A stretch of 62,904 nucleotides of DNA, the filler included, from Octopus bimaculoides (lineage: Eukaryota): assembly GCF_001194135.2 (NCBI RefSeq). It is 6 parts of 5 records of this genome, joined end to end, with 100 filler letters (N's around TTAATTAATTAA, not from the genome) between each part and the next. Parts side by side here need not be neighbours in the genome. Positions count along the whole stretch, not along the records: positions 11,815 to 15,958 come from NW_026379496.1; positions 16,059 to 47,261 come from NC_068983.1; 4 more parts are not named here. One strand, given 5' to 3'. The position numbers were made by a program, and so were the translations under genes. Shown here in pieces: positions 11,815 to 24,274 of the stretch. The notes under the pieces were generated by a model. That model did no database searches. It was not told the DNA's origin and saw only the letters and a program-made list of their open reading frames with translations. Position 1 is the stretch's first letter. Each line of letters starts with the position of its first letter.

Positions 11815-14800
11815 TGTGTGTGTGTGTGTGTGTGTGTGTTTGGGAACATGTCCATGTTTATACTGTGTAACTTCAATCATCGCTTTCAGTTTCATGTTTT
11901 TGCATCAGAGAACATTAGTATCACACTTACAAAATGTACTGTCTCTGCTTTTCTTTCAAACATTCAATTTTGCAGAGAATTTTTTCATGAAATGTAGTTC
12001 CATTGCTTTTCAGTATTGCAGATTGTCCTGTGCACATTTGTAAAAGGGAAAAATTTTGAACTTTCTATCACTGTATATTTCCAGATACTTACTTGATGGA
12101 ATCTTGCATGTTGGCAGAGAGAATTATTTGTTTCACCAATGTAATTTTCTTTGCAGTTTAGGCAGGTGATGCAGTATATGAGGTTTTGTGTTTTGCAGTT
12201 CATATCTGTATTTATTTTGAAAAGGAATCCGCTCTTGAATTTTATGTGGGAACCACTTTCCAAGTATTTGAAGTTGTTGATATTGTTGCATACTTCACAT
12301 CTCCTATCTCTACATTCTTTTACTAAGAATTCTGATTCATTCTCTGATTTGAATTCTGCCCTTGTGAGGTGTTTTGTAAAGATTTTTTGGTTGGCGTCTG
12401 CTATTCCATAAGGTGTTTTTTTCAATCAGATTTTTCATTTTGGAGCTTTGTAGGAGTATAGATAAGTTTGATTTTATGGTGTGAAAGATGTCGGCTATTC
12501 CAGGACTATGTGTGTTAATGAACAGAATCGTGTTTTCATTAACTTTTTCCTTAGATGTCCGTAGTTGGGTGATTTTCAGGTTCATCGCCTTTTTAATTCC
12601 CTCATTAATTAATCCTAAGGGGTATTTCCGCATTGTGAGGAAGCCTTTGAATTCGTTGAGTCAGATTTCATGTATTTTGGGGTCAATCACTACAGCACAG
12701 ATGCGTCTTGCCATGCTGTATGGAATGTTTCTTTTGATGTGTGATGGATGGCAAGAGTAGAAATTTAAATATTGGTGAGTGTCAATTTTTTTGTAAAATA
12801 TGTTTGTTGTGACTGTGGAGTTCTGTATTTTTATGTGGATATCCAGGAATGGTAGTTCATTGCAACTGGATTCTGTCATGAATTTGATGGATGGGTGAAG
12901 TGTGTTCAGTATATTGTTAAATATATTTATATCTTCATTCAATTTGTCCCAGAAGATGAAGCAATCAACAAGGAAGCATTTCCAATTTTTTATGATATAT
13001 TTCTTGTACTCCTGATCAAAAGTTTTTTCTACTTCCTCATAAAGTTTTTCTTCCAAGTAACCCATAACTAAGTTTACATATGAAGGTGCAACCACGTACC
13101 TATAGTCGTGCCCTTTATCTGTCAATGTTTTATTGCTGAATCTAAAGGTATTTTGTTCTAGTACTAGGTGTGTGGCCTTGGTGATGAAGTCAATCTTGAA
13201 GCGTTCATTTATCCATTCTCTATGTTTCTCTACCCAGTGATTGATTGCTTCTAGGCCTAAATTGTGAGGTGTATTAGTGATTGGTGACATCAAAACTTGT
13301 GAGTAGAGTACCTACTGCAACAGTAGGAGGGATGAGTTGGATAAAATCTATGCCATCCCATTCATGACTGGGTATTAAAGGGCACAAAGGCTTTAGGAGT
13401 ATATCCAAAAAATGACTTAGTTGCTGTGTTGGTGCTTGAAGTCCAGCAACTATTGGTCTTAATTTGAGGTCAGCAGGTCTTAGTATTTTTATGTATTAGT
13501 TCTTATTTATGGCACTTTGTATTTCAGAGCTTTTGTGGATTTTGGGTAATACGTAGAAACTGCTCTCTTTGATTACAGAGTTGCATAAATAATCTTTCTC
13601 CTTGTCGGTGAAAGAATCTTGGAATTCATTGATTAGTCTTCTGATTTTATTCATTATTGTTTTTTCTGAGTGTCATGGTTCTTCCTTGTAGTAGGTTTGG
13701 TTTGTTAACATTTCCAATATTTTATCTTTACAATAGTCCTTGTCCATGATTACTATCGCCCCTCCCTTATCAGCTTCTTTTAGGATGATTGGTTTATCAT
13801 TCTTCAGTGTTTGTAAGGCTTCCTTTTCTTCTTCATGAAGGTTTTGGTTGCATTTGTGGGCATTTAGGCGAAATTTTGAAATCATGTCTATATACGCGTC
13901 TAAATATTTGTCCTTTCACTTGTAGGAGGTGAAGTGGAATTTATTTCTGACTATTGATTCATCATTTAAATCCTTACTGCTGAAGAATTCTGTAAGTTGG
14001 AGGTGGCAGTTGAAGTATTCAATATCAGATTTCCGTTCAATGAGATTAGGGGTGGGTGTTGGGGTAAACTTGAAACCTTTTAATAGAAGGTTCATCTCAT
14101 TCTTGTTGAGGTTTCTATTTGACAAATTTATGATCTTCGGGTCTATATGTTCTGTGTGTTCATTTAAATTTAGTGTATTATCACGTCCGGTGCATGATTT
14201 TGGTATTTTCTCCCTAAAAAAGGAACTGTGTTACCATGTCTCCATTTTCTGATCTCGGCATTCTGGTTTCCATGTAGGCGGGAAGATGGTTCATGTCTTT
14301 TATATGAATTCCGTTGGTTATAAGTTTTGTTTTCTTCCTATCTTCCATGCTTTTTTTGCCATTCAGGATATATGGGATTTGTGGTTGTAAATCATGGATT
14401 GCTTGAGTTATCATGATGATTATTATTCCTATTATAGTACCTGTGCTGTCTGTATTTTACCTGTCTTTCTTCCCATGTATTCATCCATCTAGGGTACATG
14501 TTATTACGGGTTTATGGTTGTCTGTATGTTATTTGTCTTTCATGTCTTTTCTCCTTTGTATTTATCCATCTATGGTGTTTGGACTTATGGACTGATGGTT
14601 GTCTTCTATATTTCATGTGTTGGCTATTTGAAGTGTTATGTATTGTAGAATATGGGTTCCTAGTCCGTACTTGGGGTGAGATGGAGGTCATTTCCACTTA
14701 TGTTCTTGGGTGATTAGAGGTTCGATACCTCAGTCCAGTTCCTCTGAGAGTAGTGTCTATGTTTGTTTTGATTTCCTCGTACTTTTTAGTTGTTGTGATT

Positions 14801-15560
14801 TCATTTTCATAATGGATTTTTCTCCATAGTTTTTTCATAGTTAGTGAATCACTCTTGTTGTTTTTCCCACATTTTTATGGATTTTTCTTCTTCCTGCTTC
14901 GTCTTCTTTCCATAGATTTTGCAGTTTTTCATGACATTGATTGTCACTCCACTCAGCAATTTCAGCAAACATAACTGCGTCAATATTTTTTACTTTCACT
15001 TCGTGTCTTATTTTTCATGATTGTAGAAGAGCGATTTCTGTTTCTGGACAGCATAAAGTTAATTTCGCATGTATCCTTGTCTCTTCCAGTGATTCACTTC
15101 TTATTTCTTTAATAAGAAATTTTCTGGGCAGGATTGGGCTTTCTTTGCTTCACCAATTCTGGTAGGTGTTTGCTATATTGTTGCATCAAATGCTTTTCCA
15201 ATATGCATGTTTCCTTTGATTAAGGAGTTTCTTCCAGAGATGTCATTTCAAGTGAGTTTGTTTTTGTTACTTTCTTCTTGTTCGTCTCTGTTGTTAGAGC
15301 ACCTTCTGTATGGGTATCATTCACAGTTTTATCTGCATTTGGTGAAGATTGTATCCAGTGGCTATACTATGTTCTCTAATGCAAAAAACATGAAATTGAA
15401 AGAGACGTGATCGAAGTTACTAAGTATAAACATGCACATGTTCCCAAACACACACACACACACACACACGCACATGCACAACATACACTTCATCAAGGGA
15501 TTCTCCCCAAAATTGAATGTTTGAAGGTAAAGTGGAGAATTTGCATATTTTATTCCAAAT
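11815..15560 (-). mobile_element. Decayed Penelope-like retroelement (RT + GIY-YIG endonuclease) with inverted terminal repeat
   Basis: Frameshifted ORF pieces on the minus strand: NLNKNEMNLLLKGFKFTPTP (PLE N-terminal region), APSYVNLVMGYLEE and WKCFLVDCFIFW (RT, decayed DD motif), FLDIHI/HQYLNFYSCHPSHIKRNIPYSMARRI (thumb), and CRDRRCEVC...NLIYCITCLNCKENYIGET (GIY-YIG), ending ELHFMKKFSAKLNV* at 11956. Inverted copies of the 3' end lie at 15365-15560. Confidence 0.9.
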
Positions 15561-15714
15561 GTGGCCCATCTCTACAAATGTTCAGGTATATATATATGTG
15601 TGTAGCATTGGAATGTTCTAGCTTTACATATATATGTATATATATGTAAAAACAAAAGTAAATGAGTATATGCATATATACGTACAGGTATGTGCATACC
15701 GACATCCACCTGTA

Positions 15715-15958
15715 TGTATAGGTGCATATCTGGGTACAGGACATTGCAAACAAACGTAGACGAGAACACACGAGCCACATAGAGAACATTCTACTTCATC
15801 AGCTACCCACGTTTTAACACCGGCGTTTCGACGAGCTTCGGGCAGGACGCAACGTTAAAACGGCTCGTCCCATGGATCGCAGATTAAATCTGTATACGCA
15901 AATTAAATCTAGCCATGGAGGAATGTAGTGGCGGACAAAAAACAAGACAGGAAAACAA
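15715..15958 (-). mobile_element. Short non-autonomous Penelope-like repeat
   Basis: GACGAGC...GCTCGTC-GAAAC stem followed by CTGATGAAG. It shares the gccactac(a)cattc terminus with the 31.8 and 46.3 kb repeats. Similar CTGATGA-containing ends occur at 110-265 and 3420-3870. Confidence 0.4.
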
Positions 15959-16058
15959 NNNNNNNNNNNNNNNNNNNNNNNNNNNNNNNNNNNNNNNNNN
16001 NNTTAATTAATTAANNNNNNNNNNNNNNNNNNNNNNNNNNNNNNNNNNNNNNNNNNNN

Positions 16059-17990
16059 GGCTGACTGTTTTTCCGTAACATTTGTAACCGCATCCAGTTC
16101 TATTTAACAATTCTGTTAAAGGTGTGAGTGCCAGGCAGAACAGGAGTGGAGAGAGCGTGTCTCCCTGGAATATTCCTCTTCTAAAGGGGATGGCTTTCGT
16201 TTTCACAAGTCCCTCTTTTGTTTCAATCTGTAACACTGTTTGCCATTTGTTCATTGAGTGCCTTATATATTTTATAATAATTGGTGCCACCTTGTTTATG
16301 GCTAGCGTTTCCGGAATCCACGTGTGGAGAACGCTGTCGAAGGCCTTTTGGTAGTCCACCCAGGCCATACTGAGGCCTTTCTTCTTTCTGCGGCTGTCTT
16401 CAGTTATGGCTTTATTGATCAATAATTGATCTTTACAGCCGTATGAGCCCTTGCAGCATCCCTTCTGCTCTTCTGGAAGCAGGTTGTTTTTTCCAGGTGT
16501 TTACTCAATCTCTGCGATATTATTGCAGCAAGGGCTTTGTAGATCGTAGGGAGACAGGTTATAGGTCTATAGTTTTGTGGTTTCTCCGTTTCCGTGGATT
16601 TGGGGATTAAGATGGTTTTCCCTTTTGTGGGCCATTCAGGCATTGTCACTGGCTCTGCTAGTATGTTGTTAAAGTTTTCTGCCAGATTTTTATGTATTCC
16701 TGGCAGGTGTTTTAACCAGAAATTGGGGATCTTGTCGTGTCCAGATGCCTTCCAGTTGCTTAGTCTTTGCAGTGTCTGGGTGACCTCTTCAGTTGTTATA
16801 GGGGCCCAGAGTTGCTCAGGTGCTAAGTTCGTTGTTTTAATGGTCCTTTTCTGCTGTTGGTGCTGCAGTAATGTCTATTTTATTTTTACCCAGTTCTTGG
16901 TAGAGTTTTTGGGGTTGGATTTGAACTGTTTGTTTTGTTCAAAGAAACGTTTGCATTTCTCATACCGGCGGATCCTTTGTGCTTTGGCAAGGATGTCTTG
17001 CTTTAGTTTTTCTTTCGCCTCAGGTAAGTCTTTTTCTGTAATGCTGTANNNNNNNNNNNNNNNNNNNNNNNNNNNNNNNNNNNNNNNNNNNNNNNNNNNN
17101 NNNNNNNNNNNNNNNNNNNNNNNNNNNNNNNNNNNNNNNNNNNNNNNNNNNNNNNNNNNNNNNNNNNNNNNNNNNNNNNNNNNNNNNNNNNNNNNNNNNN
17201 NNNNNNNNNNNNNNNNNNNNNNNNNNNNNNNNNNNNNNNNNNNNNNNNNNNNNNNNNNNNNNNNNNNNNNNNNNNNNNNNNNNNNNNNNNNNNNNNNNNN
17301 NNNNNNNNNNNNNNNNNNNNNNNNNNNNNNNNNNNNNNNNNNNNNNNNNNNNNNNNNNNNNNNNNNNNNNNNNNNNNNNNNNNNNNNNNNNNNNNNNNNN
17401 NNNNNNNNNNNNNNNNNNNNNNNNNNNNNNNNNNNNNNNNNNNNNNNNNNNNNNNNNNNNNNNNNNNNNNNNNNNNNNNNNNNNNNNNNNNNNNNNNNNN
17501 NNNNNNNNNNNNNNNNNNNNNNNNNNNNNNNNNNNNNNNNNNNNNNNNNNNNNNNNNNNNNNNNNNNNNNNNNNNNNNNNNNNNNNNNNNNNNNNNNNNN
17601 NNNNNNNNNNNNNNNNNNNNNNNNNNNNNNNNNNNNNNNNNNNNNNNNNNNNNNNNNNNNNNNNNNNNNNNNNNNNNNNNNNNNNNNNNNNNNNNNNNNN
17701 NNNNNNNNNNNNNNNNNNNNNNNNNNNNNNNNNNNNNNNNNNNNNNNNNNNNNNNNNNNNNNNNNNNNNNNNNNNNNNNNNNNNNNNNNNNNNNNNNNNN
17801 NNNNNNNNNNNNNNNNNNNNNNNNNNNNNNNNNNNNNTACAGTACGCACTTCTCGGTTGTTATTCTTGGGTGGAATAATACCGGTGTTATTTAATCTGTT
17901 TGTAATTTTTTTGTACATGGTGTTTTTGGGTTCGAAGATGGTCTGATTTTGATGTAACACGTGTGTTTACGATCGCTGTGCGGGTAGTGG
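16059..17990 (-). mobile_element. R4/Dong-clade non-LTR retrotransposon fragment (RT N-terminal half), interrupted by N gaps
   Basis: LKQDILAKAQRIRRYEK, RLSNWKASGHDKIPNFW, GKTILIPK...NYRPITCLPTIYK, LSMAWVDYQKAFDSV and RGIFQGDTLSPLLFCLAL are RT motifs typical of RLE-type R4/Dong elements. Confidence 0.8.
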
Positions 17991-18058
17991 ATGTATCAAG
18001 TTAAAATACATCATTATATTTGGAAAAATAGAAATAAATTTCAATGAGTATTACTTAC

Positions 18059-18100
18059 TCGGATATAGTCCAGCCCTTTGTCAGCTATTTTTGGCTCCAT
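18059..18100 (-). CDS. Candidate first coding exon (MEPKIADKGLDYIR), unknown or alternative talin N-terminus
   Basis: cgcATGG start followed by 14 codons and a perfect gtaagt donor in phase 0. There is an in-frame stop upstream, the other two frames are closed, and a GGGACTACA motif lies about 80 nt upstream. No homology recognised. Confidence 0.35.
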
Positions 18101-18199
18101 GCGATGTCTTTATTTCCGATGTTTTTGGATAAGTTTCGGAGCAGTGATTTATCGTTCTCACATGTTAAACTTCCCCGGTGTAGTCCCATTAAACTTCCC

Positions 18200-18230
<31 letters not shown>

Positions 18231-18436
18231 AAGTTGGTGAGCTGGCAGCATTATTAGCACTCCAGGTGAAATGCTTAGTGATATTTTTATCTGAGTTCAA
18301 ATTCCGCCATGTTCGACTTTGCCTTTCATTCTTTTGGGCTCAATAAATTAAGTACCAGATGTGTACTAGGGTCGATCTAATCGACTGGCCCCTTTCCTCC
18401 AAAATTTCAGGCCTTGTGCCTATAATAGAAAGGATT
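18231..18436 (+). mobile_element. SINE family A copy
   Basis: Head, B box, body and tail, between two (TTA)n tracts. Confidence 0.8.
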
Positions 18437-18437
18437 A

Positions 18438-18546
<109 letters not shown>

Positions 18547-18773
18547 NNNNNNNNNNNNNNNNNNNNNNNNNNNNNNNNNNNNNNNNNNNNNNNNNNNNNN
18601 NNNNNNNNNNNNNNNNNNNNNNNNNNNNNNNNNNNNNNNNNNNNNNNNNNNNNNNNNNNNNNNNNNNNNNNNNNNNNNNNNNNNNNNNNNNNNNNNNNNN
18701 NNNNNNNNNNNNNNNNNNNNNNNNNNNNNNNNNNNNNNNNNNNNNNNNNNNNNNNNNNNNNNNNNNNNNNNNN

Positions 18774-18837
<64 letters not shown>

Positions 18838-18961
18838 TATTATTATTATCATTATTATTATTTTAGATTTATATTAGCCCTTGTTGTCAATAAAACCAGA
18901 ATCAATTATTATTGTTATCATTATCATTAGTATTATTATTGTCATTTTCCTTGCTAGTGGC

Positions 18962-19325
18962 CTGTAAATAACACCATTTGAGCGTGATCGTTACCAGCAT
19001 CGCTTTACTGGCACTTGTGCCGGTGGCACGTTAGAAAATCATTCGAGTGAGGTCATTGCCAGTGTCGCTGGCCTGGCTCCTGAGCAGGTGGCACGTAAAA
19101 AACACTATTTTGAGTGTGACCGTTGCCAGTACTTTCTGACTGGCCCTTGAGCTGGTGGCACGTAAAAAGCACCCACTACACTCTCAGAGTGGTTGGCGTT
19201 AGGAAGGGCATCCAGCTGTAGAAACTCTGCTAGATCAGATTGGAGCCTGGTGCAGCCATCCGGTTCACCAGTCGTCAGTCAAATCGTCCAACCCATGCTA
19301 GCATGGAAAGCAGATGTTACACGAT
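18962..19325 (+). mobile_element. SINE-like family D (RTE-type tail ending in (GAT)n)
   Basis: ttggcgttaggaagggcatccag...ccaacccatgctagcatggaaagc...gatgatg. Further copies at about 23285-23545, 24772-24945, 26266-26612, 35255-35500, 46455-46680, 51183-51540, 53910-54062 and 61110-61236. Confidence 0.7.
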
Positions 19326-19392
19326 GATGATGATGATGATGATTGTTATTATCATTATCATCATCATTATTATTATCATTATTATTATTGGA

Positions 19393-19622
19393 AAGTTGGC
19401 AGAATTGTTAATGTGACAGACAGAAAATGCTTACCAGCCTTTCTTCTAGTTCCTTACACTCTGAGTTCAAATTCTGCCAAGGTCATCTTTGCCTTCCAAC
19501 TCATCAGGATTGGTAAAATGAAGTACCAGTCAAGTACTGGGGATCAATGTAATTGACATGCTTCCTCCCCTCTAAAACAAACAAAAAATAATTGCTGGCT
19601 TTGTGCCAAATTTAGAAAAAAA
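19393..19622 (+). mobile_element. SINE family A copy (decayed)
   Basis: B box GAGTTCAAATTC and CpG-decayed body. Confidence 0.7.
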
Positions 19623-19759
19623 TCATTATTGTCGTCATCATCGTTGACATTGTCATCATTATCCTCTTCTTCCTCCTCATCATTATACGCCATTGAATTC
19701 TCCTCAGATGCTCTTCACTGATTAACTCCTCTCTCATCATTCATGTCTCAGCAAACAGA

Positions 19760-20145
19760 AACTGAAATCTCCTCATCAATGATGGTGGTAATGATGATGA
19801 TGATAATGATGATGGTGGTGGTGGTGGTGGTGGTGGTGGTGATGGTGATGATGACGATGATGACAACGATGACGATGATGATGGCCGTCCTCGTCATTGT
19901 TGTAATGATGCTGGTGACTATGATGATGGTGGTGATGATGGTGACGACGATGACGATGATGATGATGATGGTGGTGGTGATGGTGGTGATTATGATAGTG
20001 ATGATGACAATGATGACAACGATGATGATAATGATGGTGGTGGTGGTGGTAATGATGATGGTGATGATTATAATGATTGTGGTGATGATGATGATGACAA
20101 TAATGACAATGATGACAACGATGATGATGATGATGATGATGATAA
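19760..20145. repeat. (ATG/GTG) trinucleotide low-complexity tract
   Basis: Direct reading. Similar tracts at 23545-23700, 24060-24240 and 48660-48930. Confidence 0.9.
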
Positions 20146-20732
20146 AGCCTTTAAATATCAAGATCAGTCGTAAACAACCGTTTCTAATCTGTGGAACATA
20201 CTGAAATATTAATTTATTCTAGATGTAACATATTTGACTGTTTTTATATTTTCATTCTCCTATTCTTTTCCTGGCATCAGTCATTGAACTGAAACCATGC
20301 AGCGATGCCATCTTCGAGGTTTTTAGTTGCTAGCATAGATTATAAGAGAAAAATTATTTCCCCCTCAACATAGACACACTTTAAAGAAGGAAATCTTCTT
20401 ACGAGAGAAAAGAATGAATGATTTATTAATTCCTTATGTAATTCAGGTGAATCACTCTTCTACAGAGGAAAACAACCACAAATTAATGCACGTTACCAGT
20501 AGCCACTATTATGAATAAATCATTAATTCTCTCCTCATGTTGTAAGAAACTATCCACATTATTTCTTTATTTATTTCACACTGCTTCGAGCAAGTTGCCA
20601 AGCTCTTCTCTCATAGACTTTCTTTTTCATGACTCAATAAAGAACCAATGATTGGTAAAACTGTCAGTGCTTTAGACAAAATGCCTTATCATCCTCATTC
20701 AGGAACTCAACATTTTGCAATAAAACCTCACT

Positions 20733-21425
20733 ATGGTTGACTTTACCTTTCATCTTACCTGTGTTGCTAAAATAATATACCAATCAGGCAGACAATTAGT
20801 GGGAGATAGGTTTAATTAACTAATGCCCCTCACCTCATCAAGGTCAAATTTACCTTTCATCTTACCTGTGTTGCTAAAATAATATGCCAATCAAGCAGAT
20901 AATTACTGGGAGATAGGCTTAATTAACTAATGCCCCTCACCTCATCAAGGTCAACTTTACCTTTTATCTCTCCTGTCTCGATAAAATAATGTACTAATCA
21001 GGCAGTCAATTACTGGAGGACAGATTTAATTAACTAATGCCCCTCACATCATCAAGGTCAACTTTGCCTTTCATCTTATCTGTGTTCCTAAAATAATCTA
21101 CTAATCAGGCAGTCAATTACTAGAGGACAGATTTAATTAACTAATGCCCCTTACCTCATCAAGATCAACTTTGCCTTTCATCTTACCTGTGTTCCTAAAA
21201 TAACATACTAATCAGGCAGACAATTACTGGAGGACAGATTTAATTAACTTAATGCCCCTCACCTCATCAAGGTCAACTTTACCTTTCATCTCTCGTGTGT
21301 CGATGAAATAACATACTAATCAGGCAGACAATTACTGGGAGATAGATTTAATTAACTAATGCCCCTCACCTTACCAAGGTCAACTTTATCATTCATCTCT
21401 CCTGTGTCACTAAAATTGCTGGGTG
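20733..21425. repeat. Tandem array of ~107-bp units (about 6.5 copies) derived from the SINE A body
   Basis: aaggtcaacttt(a/g)cctttcatc recurs at 20733, 20840, 20947, 21054, 21161, about 21269 and 21376. Confidence 0.9.
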
Positions 21426-22904
21426 CTTCATTTGCTCTTCCCATCACCTTATTCTTCTGAGCAAGTTTTTCTGCAATTTTTATAATCACAAACAAATTTT
21501 GTACCAGGCTCAGTTGAAAATGAAATGTTGGTATGTCTCTCTGAAACTGTGCCAATAACTGACTCATATGTTCAAAAAGTCAAGTTCATTAGTTTTCCTT
21601 AAAATTGTACCATTGAATTAAAAGATATTCATTTCTTATGTAAGCACATAAACCAGAAATTTTGTAGGAAGGATTAGTCTATCATATTGAATGCAGTACT
21701 GATAAAAGGATAAGGCTGTTAGATAGAATAAAATACTTATTGTTTATTTTATTAGGGGTCAGTAAAATAAATCTCTAAAGAATGAAGAGGAAGAGTTGAC
21801 TGTGAAAGGATTTGTACTTTTTAAAATAAATTTACTTAACATGAAATGATCCTTTTTGTTATGGACACAGGGCCTCTACTTTTGTATGTCTATTTATTTC
21901 CATTGATTAGATTTGGGGATCGATCCAGTAGAAGACAAGGATTCTGGATTATTTGTTATATTTACTTTACTTTACATGATTACGATCTTACGTTAACTTT
22001 CAAGTCATTCTCAATTATCTCCCTTTAGGCTGTAACTATTTAGAATGGTGAATTTGTTAACTTTGACTTGTATTAGATACAAATAAGCTATTTATTACTG
22101 TTGCTAAATTTTCTACAGCCACCTCCACATTCCATGACCACCATTGGAATCGATCAGGTACTGGACAAAGATTCTGGATTATTTTACCATTTTGTTTTTA
22201 CTTAATTTTGAGAGCAGTCGGATACAATTGTAGTATTCTCATTTGTGAGAACAGTTGAGTTTATTTCAGATATTTTCATTTTAAAAAATCATCTCTGGCT
22301 AATCGTTAAGAGGACGTTGGTGTTGCCTTGGTGGAGGTTTGCGTTCTCTGAGTGCTCTTGTTAATATTAGAATAACGACTCTACTTAGACACAACAAAAT
22401 AAACATTACATTTGACAAAAATTTGAACAACGAAAGAAAATTCTTCACATAAGCTACATCAACACTATTGGATATAATAAGGGAGTATGGAAGAAGAAAA
22501 TGCTTAAAGGACCACTGATCTATGTGATAACACATACATAAGAAGATTATGGGGGTGAATTATATCATCTCTCTCTCTCTTTCTCTCCCTTAAATCTATT
22601 CAAAAGGGATCATTGTTATTTCTAGAAAAGAATGAAATTGATTATTCATCAGAATTATTTCAATCAATTACTTTACTCCATTTTATAATAAAGCAGCTAA
22701 GGATAATATTGTTTTAGCATCGATTTTCTACGCAGGTATTAGCAATGAATAGTTTGGTTCCTGCTTAATGATAACCATCTTGTTAAAACCTCTATAAGCA
22801 TGCATTCAATAATATCTCAACATCTCATCTATTTTCACCAATGCAATACCCCCAGTTAACATCAAGATCAGTTTGATGCTACGGTGTAAAATATACAACA
22901 CATT

Positions 22905-22992
22905 GGCATATGGTGTAGTGATTCAGAGCGCGGGCTACTAATCCCAAGATTCCAAGTTCAATTCCAGGCAGTGACCTGAATAATAATAATAA
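22905..22992 (+). mobile_element. Short tRNA-like SINE (family F)
   Basis: tggtgtagtg A box, AGTTCAATTCC B box and (AAT)n tail. Homologous to both arms of the 39964-40104 palindrome. Confidence 0.6.
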
Positions 22993-24145
22993 TTTTTTTT
23001 TTCTTTTCTTAAATACATATTTAACCTGTGAATTTGCGCGTGTAATCTGGGAATGCATACAATGAGTTTCTCTGCCCTAGGTGTACGGAAAACACTCGGC
23101 AAGAAATGGAAGAAAATTTGAAGAAAGAAGGAAAAAAAACAACAACATAATAATAATAATAATAATAATGTTGAAATATTGTTCACTAGATGACAATGGT
23201 ACTCTTCTGTCCTTGTTTGTCCTCTCTGTATGTAGCCCCCTTGTGGGTAGTAAAGAAATAACAAATACTCATGACCTTTGGCAATATGTTATGCTTGAGA
23301 AGAAGACCCGTCAAGCCAAGTGAAATCACAGTCGTTGCAGATATTGGTGTCATGCAGCAGGCACCCATATGGTGTCTTGTAAAAGAGCCCAGCACACTCT
23401 GTAAAGTGGTTGGTTTTAGGAAGAGCATCCAGCCATAGAAACCATGCCAAATCAGACTGGAGCCTGGTGCAGCAGCCCCCCACCCCAGCTGGGGAACCCT
23501 GGTCAAACCATCAAACTCATGCCAGCATGGACGACAAACATTAGATGATGATGATGATGACTACAATGACGACGACAACAATGATGATGATGATGACGAC
23601 GACGACGACGACGATGATGATGATGATGATGATGATGACGATGACGACGACAACAACGACGACGATGATGACAATGATGATGATGATGATGATGATGATG
23701 GCTAGGGTAAGAAATAAGAGAGGTTTTATTGTTATTTCAAGCAGATCAAGTCACCATATATATAGTCTTGCTTTGGTTCATTAGTGATTTGTCTGCGAGC
23801 CATGAGAAGAAGCATTTGTGTTGGACAGATCCCTTCATTTGGTAATTAGCATTTTCCTCAACTGAAAGGCTCAACCGAAAACATTGAATATTTTCTCTCA
23901 CAACACACTAAGGTACTTCAATTTCTTTCTTTCATTTTTACCTCATTACTAAATTAATTAACTGCCACAGACCATTATTCTCAATGAATTCCAGAGATTA
24001 CATTCATTAATGTATGTGTCTGAAATCCAAAGAAATGCAATTCTTGTAATTGTGACTTTCACTGAGATATTCCCACCACAACCATCATCATAATATCCAT
24101 CATTATCATCACAATCACAATCATCATCATCAGCATCATCATCAC

Positions 24146-24178
<33 letters not shown>

Positions 24179-24243
24179 GGTCATCATCACCATCATCATC
24201 ACCATCATCATCACCAACAACAACACCACTACCTTTCTATGAT

Positions 24244-24274
<31 letters not shown>

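Noticed and set aside
20733-21425. CRISPR-like appearance of regularly spaced repeats
   Set aside because: There are no unique spacers, whole units are homologous and SINE-derived, and the context is eukaryotic with no cas genes.
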